From Candidatus Latescibacterota bacterium (GTDB lineage Bacteria; Latescibacterota; UBA2968; GCA-2709665): 64,000 bases of DNA. The position numbers were made by a program, and so were the translations under genes. Positions 51,069-60,260 of this stretch are shown in pieces. Numbering within the stretch: position 1 is the stretch's first letter; each line of letters starts with the position of its first letter. The notes under the pieces are model-generated. The model was given only the letters and a program-made list of their open reading frames with translations, did not search any database and was not told the DNA's origin. The stretch is taken from positions 3,328,001 to 3,392,000 of the forward strand of contig OZ242358.1 in the NCBI GenBank assembly GCA_965208835.1, in the 5' to 3' direction.

Positions 51069-51758
51069 TCAACTCTTCGCACCTTTATGCAGTACGTAAT
51101 TCCATTTCTCCTTAAGGAATAAAACAACATTGGCCTGTTTTTTATAGGGCTCCACAAATTGCTTGTATTTCTCAAACTCTGAATCGGCATGGGCTCTTGA
51201 AAACTCGATTGTCTGGTGTCTCTTAGTGATGTCTGCTTGATGTCTTATTTGTTTTAGCTGGTCATCGCTGGTGCATATAAAAACGGAGAAGTCCAAATAT
51301 GGAGTCAATTGTTCATTCATTGAGTGCAAACCATCGACAATGAGAATGGGGCTTGGGGCGATGACATCTTTGCTCGTCGCTTTTTCCCCAATAGAATGCT
51401 CATAAGGGTAATATTCTATAGACTGGCCTTTTTTGAACCGCTTTAAGTCATTTTTCACCAGGGGTAAATCATGTGACCCTGGCTGATAGCCACTAATTCC
51501 TCCATTAATTCTATCGGTCCTTTTCATCAAATATGAATCAAGAGTCAGGTGGTTTGCTTCGATACCCTTCTGTTTAAGTTTGAAGACCAATTGTATAGAT
51601 AAATTTGTTTTGCCCAAGTCGGCTGCGCCACATATGGCAACAAGAACTCGATCATCTCTTCGTTTTAGAGACGCGATTGTATTCGCTACTTCCTTTAGTA
51701 TTTCCATCGATAATTGTGTCCCACGATAAAACATACCTTGCGACTCTGCAGAGAACAT
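51069..51758 (-). CDS. Uridine kinase/phosphoribulokinase-like P-loop kinase
   Basis: GAADLGKT, LDSY, IVDGLH; AT-rich; may start at 51707. Confidence 0.8.
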   Translation of the reverse strand: MFSAESQGMFYRGTQLSMEILKEVANTIASLKRRDDRVLVAICGAADLGKTNLSIQLVFKLKQKGIEANHLTLDSYLMKRTDRINGGISGYQPGSHDLPLVKNDLKRFKKGQSIEYYPYEHSIGEKATSKDVIAPSPILIVDGLHSMNEQLTPYLDFSVFICTSDDQLKQIRHQADITKRHQTIEFSRAHADSEFEKYKQFVEPYKKQANVVLFLKEKWNYVLHKGAKS

Positions 51759-51839
51759 CCGGGATATCTCAGTCGGGGTAAAACAAATTCAGCCGCAGGA
51801 TCACTCATCCGTTGTCGGTGGAGTAATTTCTGCTTTTAG

Positions 51840-52030
51840 CCTCAATCCGAAAAAAACAGCAACGCGGCGACGCGATAAAACCCTCCGAAACGGGACAATA
51901 TCGACGTATAGAATGACGTTTTTTCCCTTCACGTCCAGTGACCTGGTGTATCCTGGTAATCCGCCGTTTAATCGCCTTTATTTACAAGCACATATTTGAA
52001 TTAACGTCCCCGAAGACTTACGAATCAAGG
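51840..52030. mobile_element. MITE-A copy 3
   Basis: TTAG duplication on both sides. Confidence 0.9.
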
Positions 52031-52198
52031 TTAGGTTTCGTGCACGGTTTGTCGGGGTGGTGTTGGCGGGTTTTGCTTTTGCGCCGCTTTCGCCTGGCGT
52101 TTTCGCCGTGCCCGAACCGCGAAGCGCTTGCGCGAAGGCGCGTCAGCGCCCAAGCCGGGGACGGACATGTCATGTAAAGTGCGCTATTTCCCTCTTAG

Positions 52199-52358
52199 CA
52201 GTCCGTTGATAAAGTCGCTCTGCAGGCGAGGCCGAGCCATTGTGGCCGAAGACAAGGCGCGCGACCGAGTCCCATCCTGCGATTCGGCGAGGGAGCGCAA
52301 CGCAGTATTTCGACCGCAAGGGCCGGCCGTAGCCCGGATGGACTTTTCCAACGGGCTG
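52199..52358. mobile_element. MITE-C (160 bp)
   Basis: TIRs CAGTCCGTTGATAAAGTC / GACTTTTCCAACGGGCTG with TTAG duplication; inserted at the stop codon of the APH gene. Confidence 0.85.
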
Positions 52359-53153
52359 TTAGTCTACGAAGTCATGGATCCTTTGATACACGCTCAACTT
52401 GGCCGGATCCAATTCTTGTCCATACTCCCGAAAAAATAACGAAACCCACTCGCCACCCAGATTTCTGCGAATGGTATTGTACGCGGCGACAAAGTCGAGA
52501 TATCGATCTCCTATCCCTGCATAGCCCCAATCAATGTAGCCACTCAGGTGGCCATTGAGGACTATGATGTTGGGAAGGCAAAAATCCCCGTGGGTGAACA
52601 CCACGTCTTCTGGCGGCAGGTCGGCCCGTATGCTTGCCAGTTCATCCCGCAGGACACTTCTAGTGCCGCCTTTGGGGATCTGACCATCCAGCACGCCTGA
52701 ATCAATCAGGTCTGTTGCCCACGCAAAATAGCGTTCAAAGCGCCAATCCAATGGGCACGAATCGACTGGAACGGCATGAATCTCGCGAAGTCCATGAGCG
52801 AACAGACGTATCAGACCAGGGATATCCGTCCTGGCCTCTTCGTGGACGCCAGAGACGCCAGCGATTCGCGTCATCAGCAGATACTGAGTATTGTCTTCCT
52901 CGTGAAAGCAGACCATGCCAGGCACACTCAGTTTGTCGTGCAACCACGACATGGCCGCTTTTTCGGCACGAAGATCAGATTCTTGTGGCGCAGCGAGCGC
53001 ATCTCTGATCTTGAGGATCAAACCCTGCTTGCCCGGGTGAGCAAATGCAAATACATCGGCGCACGATTCAGTCTTGAGATTGTCGCCAATTGAGACGAAG
53101 CCCTTCAGACGGGCTTGGACCGGGTCTGGTAGATCCTGGACTATCAACGTCAA
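52359..53153 (-). CDS. Aminoglycoside 3'-phosphotransferase family protein
   Basis: SCADVF, WLHDKLSVP, HGDFCLPN, IDWGYAGIGDRYLD. Confidence 0.9.
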   Translation of the reverse strand: MTLIVQDLPDPVQARLKGFVSIGDNLKTESCADVFAFAHPGKQGLILKIRDALAAPQESDLRAEKAAMSWLHDKLSVPGMVCFHEEDNTQYLLMTRIAGVSGVHEEARTDIPGLIRLFAHGLREIHAVPVDSCPLDWRFERYFAWATDLIDSGVLDGQIPKGGTRSVLRDELASIRADLPPEDVVFTHGDFCLPNIIVLNGHLSGYIDWGYAGIGDRYLDFVAAYNTIRRNLGGEWVSLFFREYGQELDPAKLSVYQRIHDFVD

Positions 53154-53185
53154 CCTGCGTTCGAGAATTGCCTAAATTGCATTTT

Positions 53186-53247
53186 ACATAACGTGGGAGT
53201 GCGGGGCCGGAGCGACCGAAGGATGCGAAGCTGCAACCCGTTGTTAA
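53186..53247 (-). other. attC site whose R'' box is interrupted by MITE-A
   Basis: Removing the MITE restores GCTTAAC-AACGG-GTTGCAGC...CCGCACT-CCCAC-GTTATGT; the APH gene starts 33 bp later. Confidence 0.75.
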
Positions 53248-53436
53248 CCTCAATCCGAAAAAACAGCAACGCGGCGACGCGATAAAACCCTCCGAAACGG
53301 GGCAATATCGACGTATAGAATGACGTTTTTCCCTTCACATCCAGTGACCTGGTGTATCCTGGTAATCCGCGTTTTAATCGCCTTTATTTACAAGCACATA
53401 TTTGAATTTACGTCCCCGAAGACTTACGAATCAAGG
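53248..53436. mobile_element. MITE-A copy 4
   Basis: TTAA duplication on both sides. Confidence 0.9.
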
Positions 53437-53516
53437 TTAAGCGCAGGCGGCTCAGTAGAGGCGAAGCCACACATAGGCGACCCCAGAACGCACGGTTACC
53501 CGATTCAGCTTCTCGT

Positions 53517-54329
53517 TCAGGTTGGCTTCCTGCCCATGTAAAGGATGTGGCCCGCGCCATCCACCACGGAGGCGTCCGAGGCAGTCTCTATCACGAGGCT
53601 GAGCCATCGATCCCAGGCTTCTTTGTTTTGGGCAAGCGCGTTCGTTTCTTCCTCATATCCTGTGGAAAGGCCTTCGCATCCTGCCATCTCCACGGTTTCC
53701 AAACCGGCGGCTTCGGCAAGCTCACGGATTTCGTCCGAGCGGAAGAAATGGACAGGCACGCCATTTACCGGTGCGTTTCCGGTCCTCAACAGATCAGTGA
53801 ACAAAGGCCTACCGAGATCATCTTGAAAATGCCTCAGAAGGTGACGCAGGACGGCCAGATAGCCGCGAACTGAAACGCAAACCAATCCTCCTGGAGTAGC
53901 GGCATTCATCAGCTCTGTCAGTCCCTTCGCCCTTTCAGCAGGCTCATCCAGGTTTGAGAGCGGGTCAAGACACAGGACAGCATCGAATGAGTCGCTATCA
54001 ATTGCAGACAGATCCCTGACGTCGCCAACGACTGTGTCCAACAGTCTTTCTCTGACCTCCGCAGGTTCCGCCCGAATTTTCTCTACGGCGAGATCCAGAC
54101 ATCCCCTTGAGACATCCAGTAAGACGACCTGATACCCCCTTCGACACAGCTCTACGGTATAGCGTCCCGGACCTCCTCCCACATCCAGCACTCTGCCTTT
54201 CCCTGGGAGATGCCTGGCAAGCCGATCCATCGTGACGCTGAACTCCAGGCTCTGGTACGGGGCCTTCTCAAGGCGCTTCCATTCGCGTTCCGGGTTCTCG
54301 TCATAGATACTGGCTACTGATCTCATCAT
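53517..54329 (-). CDS. Class I SAM methyltransferase
   Basis: EWKRL, VLDVGGGPGRY, FDAVLCL. Confidence 0.92.
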   Translation of the reverse strand: MMRSVASIYDENPEREWKRLEKAPYQSLEFSVTMDRLARHLPGKGRVLDVGGGPGRYTVELCRRGYQVVLLDVSRGCLDLAVEKIRAEPAEVRERLLDTVVGDVRDLSAIDSDSFDAVLCLDPLSNLDEPAERAKGLTELMNAATPGGLVCVSVRGYLAVLRHLLRHFQDDLGRPLFTDLLRTGNAPVNGVPVHFFRSDEIRELAEAAGLETVEMAGCEGLSTGYEEETNALAQNKEAWDRWLSLVIETASDASVVDGAGHILYMGRKPT

Positions 54330-54407
54330 TGATCCGTAAAAATCAGGTGAACCGAGTGACCGAGTGGTTTCAGTGTCGCTTGCGCACTCGCCAACTTCCT
54401 ATCCGTT

Positions 54408-55382
54408 TCATTCCTCCCACGGCAGGAAACAGACTTTGACGGCCTGAAGGTTCTCCAGCAGGTCTATGCCTTCAGCGTAACGTTCGAGCGGCAGCTTGTG
54501 TGTGACCAGCGCGGCCAGGTCGAGCTTGCCGCGGAGAATGAGGTCGAGCGCATATTCGGCCGATTCGCGCGAGTGGCCCTTGTATCCGCACAGCCGCAGC
54601 CCGCGGTAATGCCGCGGGCTGAACGTGTAGTCTTCGCGCTGCACGCCGAACAGGGCCAGGACATCCTGAGTCCGGTCCATGAGAAACTCCACCGACGCCC
54701 TGGCGCCGACACAGTCCACGGCCGACTCGAGTTTTGGCCATTCCGGCCGCGCCGGGAATTTGCCCGACAAGTCGGCCCGCGGGTCGTAGCAACCGGCCGC
54801 GCCGAGACGCTCGGCCATGGCGCGGCGGTCGGATACGAAGTCGAACCCGTACACTTCACCGGCGCCCTCGGCTCTGGCCATCTGTAACGCCACCAGCCCC
54901 GCCGGACCCAGGCCGCAGACGCCGAAACAACGGCCCAGGATTGCGTCCATATCGCGCAGCATCCGGAAGCAGGCGCCTACGCACATAGCCAGCTCGAGTG
55001 GCGCCAGCGCCTCGTCGGGCAATTCTCCGGGGACGCGTATGACTCTTGCCGCGTCAATCGCGATGTATTGCGCGTAGCAACCCTGATGCCCCTCGCCGCT
55101 ATCGCGCCAGGCGCACACGCGGTCGCCTGCCTTCAAACCAGCCACACCTTCGCCAACAGCCTCGATGCGGCCGACGGCTTCGTGGCCGGGCCTGCCCGGC
55201 GTGAAGGGGTAGTGGAATGCATGGCCGACAAACATCGGTTCGTTGTGACGCAGGTGCAGGTCCCACTGCGGGCAAGTCGTGACCGCAGTGATACGAATCA
55301 GCACCTCGTCCGGACCGGGCTCGGGAACGGGGACATCGAGAATCTCGAACTCGCGCGGCGATGTGACCTGCAGGATCTTCAT
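54408..55382 (-). CDS. Zn-binding (MDR) dehydrogenase
   Basis: TCPQWD, PGHEAVG, GLGPAG. Confidence 0.9.
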   Translation of the reverse strand: MKILQVTSPREFEILDVPVPEPGPDEVLIRITAVTTCPQWDLHLRHNEPMFVGHAFHYPFTPGRPGHEAVGRIEAVGEGVAGLKAGDRVCAWRDSGEGHQGCYAQYIAIDAARVIRVPGELPDEALAPLELAMCVGACFRMLRDMDAILGRCFGVCGLGPAGLVALQMARAEGAGEVYGFDFVSDRRAMAERLGAAGCYDPRADLSGKFPARPEWPKLESAVDCVGARASVEFLMDRTQDVLALFGVQREDYTFSPRHYRGLRLCGYKGHSRESAEYALDLILRGKLDLAALVTHKLPLERYAEGIDLLENLQAVKVCFLPWEE

Positions 55383-55434
55383 TGTCCGCGCTCCCGGCAT
55401 GCCCATGAAGGTGCAGAAGCCTTCATCATTCCGC

Positions 55435-56382
55435 CTATCTTACGTGACCCTGAATTCGTCCGAAAAGTTCGCGCAGCTTCTCCACCCGCGGTGTATCGAG
55501 GTGCGGCGGGTCAACCACCGGCAGGTTCTCGCGAAACCGTTCCGGCCTGCGCGTCCCGACACAGCAAGTGCTCACGTCCTGCGCGAGCACGAAACGTAAC
55601 GCCGCCGCGGGCACACTGTAAGGCTTCAGGAAATCAAACAGGTCCGGATCCGTGTACGGCGGCTGGGACGGCAGATAGCCGGCCGCGACATGCCGCCGCA
55701 CGCACTCCAGCGCCGCCGGCACACTGACCAGACCGGACTCCCGGCTCGCCTGGTTCAGCGGCATCATCACCGCCGTGCCGACGTCGTGCCGGGCACACAG
55801 CGGCAGTACCGATTCCACCGCGTTTTGCAGCAGAAAATTGATCGTGAGCATGACCACGTCCAGGGCGCCGGTGGGAACCGCGCGCTTCAGGATCTCGTGT
55901 GTTCCGTCAACCGTGGAGAGCTCGCTGATACCGATGAAACGGACCTTGCCCTGCTCACGAAGCCTGGACATGGCCTCGTAGCAGCCATCGTTCATAAAAC
56001 GGTCCAGAGATTCGAGCGTGCGTATGCCGTGGCCGAGAAAAATATCGAGACGATCACGGCGCAAGCGGCGCAGGCTCTCCTCGGCAGAGGAGGTCAATGC
56101 CGCCGCTGAACCCGTGTATGCCGCATCGCCGCCCCAGCCATCGTAAGGCTGATACTTGGTCTCCACAATGATATGGTCGTGGCCCCGCAACGCTTCGCCC
56201 AAGGCGCTCTCGCTGTCACCGTTGCCGTAGCCGGCGGCGGTGTCGACGAAGTTGACGCCGCTCTCGATTGCTGCGTGTACTGTGGCAATGAACTTCGCCC
56301 GGTCCTGCGACGCGCCCCACGCTGCACCGTAACTGAGTTCCGAGACCTGCAGTTCTGTTCTTCCCAGACGGCGATACCGCAT
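55435..56382 (-). CDS. Aldo/keto reductase
   Basis: MRYRRLGRT, DTAAGYG, SLRRL, GKVRFIGIS. Confidence 0.93.
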   Translation of the reverse strand: MRYRRLGRTELQVSELSYGAAWGASQDRAKFIATVHAAIESGVNFVDTAAGYGNGDSESALGEALRGHDHIIVETKYQPYDGWGGDAAYTGSAAALTSSAEESLRRLRRDRLDIFLGHGIRTLESLDRFMNDGCYEAMSRLREQGKVRFIGISELSTVDGTHEILKRAVPTGALDVVMLTINFLLQNAVESVLPLCARHDVGTAVMMPLNQASRESGLVSVPAALECVRRHVAAGYLPSQPPYTDPDLFDFLKPYSVPAAALRFVLAQDVSTCCVGTRRPERFRENLPVVDPPHLDTPRVEKLRELFGRIQGHVR

Positions 56383-56447
56383 GATCAGTTCCTTTGTTCC
56401 GCTTCTGGTTGGCGGGATCGGGGTCGCCGCAGCCAGGTCCCCCGGCC

Positions 56448-57431
56448 TCATTCCCGTTCGAATTGACCCGAACGAACCATCGCATGGATCAGGTTCAGGA
56501 TCAGCCGGCCGGCCGTATGTCCGCCCAGGCCGTGCAGATCGTGTTGCGGAACGAACTCAACCATGTCCATTCCCACCACGCGCCCCTTCTGCGGCAGGCC
56601 GCGGAGCAGGTCCGCTGCCTCGGCAAATGTCAGACCACCCGGCTCCGGGTGGCTCACCGCTGGACTGATGGACGGGTCCAGCCCATCAAAATCCAGCGTA
56701 ATAAAATAGTTCGCGTCGTCCGGAATCCGCTCCAGCACCGCCGCAATCCCCTGCTCGTGCACCTCCCGCTCGGAAATCAGCACATTGCCTGTTGCCAGCG
56801 CATCCTCTACGTCGTCAATGCGGCCGCTACCCGTCCCGCGCAGCCCCACCTGGACAATCTTCGCTACCCAATCCATCTCCGAAACCCGTCGCATCGGACT
56901 GCTGTACCCTTCCCGCACCCCGTCCACCTCGTCTCTGAAGTCCAGATGCTGGTCAATCTGTACGACAACAATCGGCCCGAACTCGCGGTACGCCCGAATC
57001 ACGGGAATGGGAACCGCGTCGTCTCCGCCAAACACAATCGGCACCGCGCCCCGGGAGAGGATCGTCTGTACCGCCTCCGTGGCCCGATCCACTGCGCCCT
57101 TCAGATCCATCGGATCGCCCGGTACATCGCCGCAGTCCACAATCCGGATCGCCCGACCGTCCAGCAGTGGTCCGCCAAAATCGAAACTGTAAAACGGCCC
57201 CATTGCATTGCGGTACCGCAACGACTTCTCGCGCAAATATCCGGGCGCGTCGAATGTCCACGACTGTCCCATCTCGTACGGAATGCCGTAAGGCACACCC
57301 AGAATCGCAATCTCCGCCTCCAGCGCCGACACATTCGTCTCCACCGGCGCCTGGATAAAGGAGATGAACCCGCCGCTCGCCGGTTTCCCGAGGGTCCGGT
57401 ACGACGGAATCGCGGTCAAAGGCAACGCCAT
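56448..57431 (-). CDS. Agmatinase/ureohydrolase family protein
   Basis: GGDD, DQHLD, SSPMRR, DFDGLDP, PGGL. Confidence 0.9.
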   Translation of the reverse strand: MALPLTAIPSYRTLGKPASGGFISFIQAPVETNVSALEAEIAILGVPYGIPYEMGQSWTFDAPGYLREKSLRYRNAMGPFYSFDFGGPLLDGRAIRIVDCGDVPGDPMDLKGAVDRATEAVQTILSRGAVPIVFGGDDAVPIPVIRAYREFGPIVVVQIDQHLDFRDEVDGVREGYSSPMRRVSEMDWVAKIVQVGLRGTGSGRIDDVEDALATGNVLISEREVHEQGIAAVLERIPDDANYFITLDFDGLDPSISPAVSHPEPGGLTFAEAADLLRGLPQKGRVVGMDMVEFVPQHDLHGLGGHTAGRLILNLIHAMVRSGQFERE

Positions 57432-57641
57432 CGCGTTATCCTCCTGAACATAAGGTATAGTTTCAAGTAGCCATGCATGCGTTTTCTGATATTTCAGCTA
57501 AATAACGTATTAGCCTGGAAAATCGATAAGTCGTAGCTTATATGGGTCTGTGCCTCCCCCTTTCGTGAAGCAACGAACGTGCAGAGATTCCGCGTAAGCC
57601 TTCAGATTTTCCCCCGATGTCTCGATCTATTGAGCAATCAT

Positions 57642-57832
57642 CCTCAATCCGAAAAAAACAGCAACGCGGCGACGCGATAAAACCCTCCGGAACGGGGTGT
57701 TATGGACGTATAGAAGGACGTTTCTTCCCTACACGTCCAGTGACCTGGTGTATCCTGGTAATCCGCCGTCTAATCACCTTTATTTACAAGCATATATTCG
57801 TATTTTCGTCCCCGAAGGCATACGAATCAAGG
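57642..57832. mobile_element. MITE-A copy 5 (tandem, left)
   Basis: Homology to the other copies; shares TTAG with copy 6; left duplication lost. Confidence 0.88.
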
Positions 57833-57836
57833 TTAG

Positions 57837-58025
57837 CCGCAATTCCGCAAAAGCCGCAACGCGGCACCGCGACAAAACCCTTCGAAACAGGCCGAAATCG
57901 TCGTCATAAAGGACATTTTTTAATTCACGTACAGTGTCCTGGTGTATCCCGGTAATCAGTAGTCTAATCGCCTTTTTAACCGACACATATTCGAATTAAC
58001 GTCCTCGAAAAATGAGGAATCAAGG
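57837..58025. mobile_element. MITE-A copy 6 (tandem, right)
   Basis: TTAG on both sides; the right TTAG includes the stop codon of the adjacent gene (minus strand GCCTAA|C). Confidence 0.85.
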
Positions 58026-58709
58026 TTAGGCTTTGGTTGCAACGATCGCCAGCAGAGATGGGAGCGCGTCACCATCCAATTCGGCAACTGATTCGAGCCG
58101 CAAGTCAGCAGCGAGCAATTTGTTGAAGAGTTCGGCAAGAGGAACGTGCCGGACACCCACCTTCGACCGAATGCCCTCACCCAATCCAGGACCTTCGAAA
58201 ACTCGTGCTGTTTCCCGGTAACCCGGATGGATCCTGGCAATTCCCGTGTCTCTCTCGATGGTCGCAAATGGTCCCAGAAAACAGGGATGTGTGCCCAGGA
58301 TAACGAAACGCCCGTGACGATCCAGGACGCGGTGTGCTTCCGAGAAGAATGGCCCTACATCATCGAAATCAGTAAGTGTCAATACCGACACGACGCGTCG
58401 AAACGTGGCTGACGAGAAAGGCAGACTAAACGCATTGGCTTGGACAATCCTCGGAGAGCGATCACTTGCCAGTCGAAGCTGGTCCGCTGAAAGGTCGACT
58501 CCGATTACGGACCAGCCAAGCGATTGCAGTAGCTGGAGATGCACACCTGTTCCGCAACCAATGTCCACACAGAGTCCGGAGCCGGGTCCAACCAAACGCG
58601 ATAGATGAGCCGGGATGTTCTCGTAGAAAGGCATCTTGAGATATTCATCGTACCACGTCGCCCAGCCGTCGTATCGGGCACCATCTTGGTTGGAATTCAA
58701 GGAAGGCAT
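58026..58709 (-). CDS. Class I SAM methyltransferase
   Basis: DIGCGTG, GVDLSADQL, HPCF. Confidence 0.92.
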   Translation of the reverse strand: MPSLNSNQDGARYDGWATWYDEYLKMPFYENIPAHLSRLVGPGSGLCVDIGCGTGVHLQLLQSLGWSVIGVDLSADQLRLASDRSPRIVQANAFSLPFSSATFRRVVSVLTLTDFDDVGPFFSEAHRVLDRHGRFVILGTHPCFLGPFATIERDTGIARIHPGYRETARVFEGPGLGEGIRSKVGVRHVPLAELFNKLLAADLRLESVAELDGDALPSLLAIVATKA

Positions 58710-58772
58710 AGTCTCCTGCTGATTCTGGAAGGCTTCCGGTGTTTCGCACCCTTCTGAAAGCTTCTATCCCGT

Positions 58773-58886
58773 AACTACGGTATTACCGAACAGTTACGGC
58801 AATGGGTTCCCGATCCGAAGATCTGCGAACGTTAGGGAACACTCCACGATGAAGCTTGCAGCCCGAGCATGTTCATGAATGCTTCC
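58773..58886. repeat. 114-bp direct repeat, copy 1
   Basis: Matches 60261-60374; begins AACTACGGTATTACCGAACAG. Confidence 0.9.
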
Positions 58887-58904
58887 TGCAGTCCCAGCAA
58901 TGCC

Positions 58905-59010
58905 GCCTAACGGTTCTTGGCTTTACGACCTGGGCCAGTCCCAAAGGCCCATGGGCCCGAAGGGCCGAGCGGCAGATGCCCCGAGACGTAAAGCCAGTGT
59001 CGTGTTAGCC
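58905..59010 (-). other. Complete attC site
   Basis: Minus strand GGCTAAC-ACGACAC-TGGCTTTACG...CGTAAAGCCA-AGAACC-GTTAGGC; perfect GTTRRRY. Confidence 0.82.
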
Positions 59011-59089
59011 GTCGTTTTTAATTCGTATCCGTCTATTGTCGGGGCCTTGTGTATCGTAATGTAGCCGCTAAATCATTCAGACAAACTTC

Positions 59090-60010
59090 TCACTCACCAA
59101 AGAACGGGTACGGTTCGCCGGCTTCCACCAGCCTTTGTACCAGACTCGAGTACTTCAACACCTCCGTCAGCCGGGCACGCCAATGCGGTGCGTAGAAGGC
59201 AACGAATTCCTGGAAGAACGCTCGCGCATCCTCACTGACGCCATCGAAGTATTGCGGCAGCAAAAACCAAGGCTGGTCACTGGCGTAGTTCAGCCCCCGC
59301 TGGCGCATCGTGAACTCTGCCGCGGCCCGTTTCTTTACCGAGATCATCAACGAGCGCCTGAGCTTGTCGGTGTGATAGCGGCCCCGATGAATGCACAACT
59401 GGGTAAACAGCACCGCGTCACCGGGTTCCTGGTGGAGACGAACGGCGCCTGGCATATCGTTCGAGCGGTTGTGGATCCCATCATCGGCGACGCAGATCGC
59501 GTGCTCTTCGGGGGAGTAGTCACGAAGGTGAGACCCCGGCACCACTTCGAGATCGTCCGTAGGGACCAATGCGATTTGCATCTGCAACCCTGCTCCGGTC
59601 TCCGGTATCCGGGATACGTCTGCTTCTGCACCGATCTTGTCCTTGTGCCAAAATCCGTCCTGGCTTTCTCCGGTCGGATTAAAGTAGAGACTGCTCAAGG
59701 CGAAGAGGAATTCTTCATCCAGGGCTGCGCTAAGCGATTCGACAACTTGGGGCGACCCCATGGCATTGAGCAGAAAGGCAAGATCGTCGGGGTGATCGCG
59801 GTGATATTCCGGGTCGTTCAGGTGCCTCATGTAATTGGCCTGGGGCCCCACCGGTGGATTGTCACAGCGAGGAGCGCGCCGCCACTGTTCCAGCACTCGC
59901 TCACAGATCTCGCGCAGCCTTTCTGTCGTCGCTGCGTCGAACAAACCGCGCACCACGGCGTAAGAGTGTTGGCGTAGCTGCCCAGGGCACGGTTCAGTAG
60001 AAATGTCCAT
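59090..60010 (-). CDS. Phytanoyl-CoA dioxygenase (PhyH) family Fe/2OG enzyme
   Basis: WHKD, VVPGSH, PGDAVLF, IHRG. Confidence 0.88.
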   Translation of the reverse strand: MDISTEPCPGQLRQHSYAVVRGLFDAATTERLREICERVLEQWRRAPRCDNPPVGPQANYMRHLNDPEYHRDHPDDLAFLLNAMGSPQVVESLSAALDEEFLFALSSLYFNPTGESQDGFWHKDKIGAEADVSRIPETGAGLQMQIALVPTDDLEVVPGSHLRDYSPEEHAICVADDGIHNRSNDMPGAVRLHQEPGDAVLFTQLCIHRGRYHTDKLRRSLMISVKKRAAAEFTMRQRGLNYASDQPWFLLPQYFDGVSEDARAFFQEFVAFYAPHWRARLTEVLKYSSLVQRLVEAGEPYPFFGE

Positions 60011-60089
60011 TATATCCTCTTGTGTTGCTGTAAGAATTGCGTCGTAATTGGACATTAAAAGTACGGACAGGCTGTCTCGTACTGTCTAA

Positions 60090-60220
60090 CCCTGATTCCT
60101 CAGAAATATACGGTCCAGATCATAGCTAAGTCGGGTGAAAACAGATATTTCTACTATCAAAATGCCCGTGTTCTTGCGTATATTTCCAGGTTAACGTAGC
60201 TCAGATATGCTAAATCAAGG
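60090..60220. mobile_element. MITE-B (131 bp, IS1380-like ends)
   Basis: CCCTGATT...AATCAAGG with CTAA duplication; the empty site reads GTCTAAC. Confidence 0.75.
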
Positions 60221-60260
60221 CTAACTACGTATGGAAATCTATGCTCTATTAATTGCGGCC

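Noticed and set aside
51938-53541. Recurrent small ORFs reading VTWCILVIRRLIAFIYKH
   Set aside because: These are translations of the MITE-A interior with inconsistent starts and stops, not a peptide family.
14546-57470. Long plus-strand ORFs (e.g. 14546-15907, 29041-30216, 30843-32060, 42355-43335, 56394-57470)
   Set aside because: They overlap well-supported minus-strand genes in GC-rich DNA and show no recognisable motifs.
3945-58025. MITE-A as the cassette recombination repeat, a CRISPR repeat or an ncRNA
   Set aside because: It has TIRs and target duplications, is irregularly spaced, and is absent between most genes; no spacer structure or cas genes.
57485-60194. CCTGGAAA (57514) and TTTCCAGG (60183) as ends of a composite element
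   Set aside because: The flanks differ (TTAG vs TTAA); the left sequence looks more like a decayed inverted piece of MITE-B.
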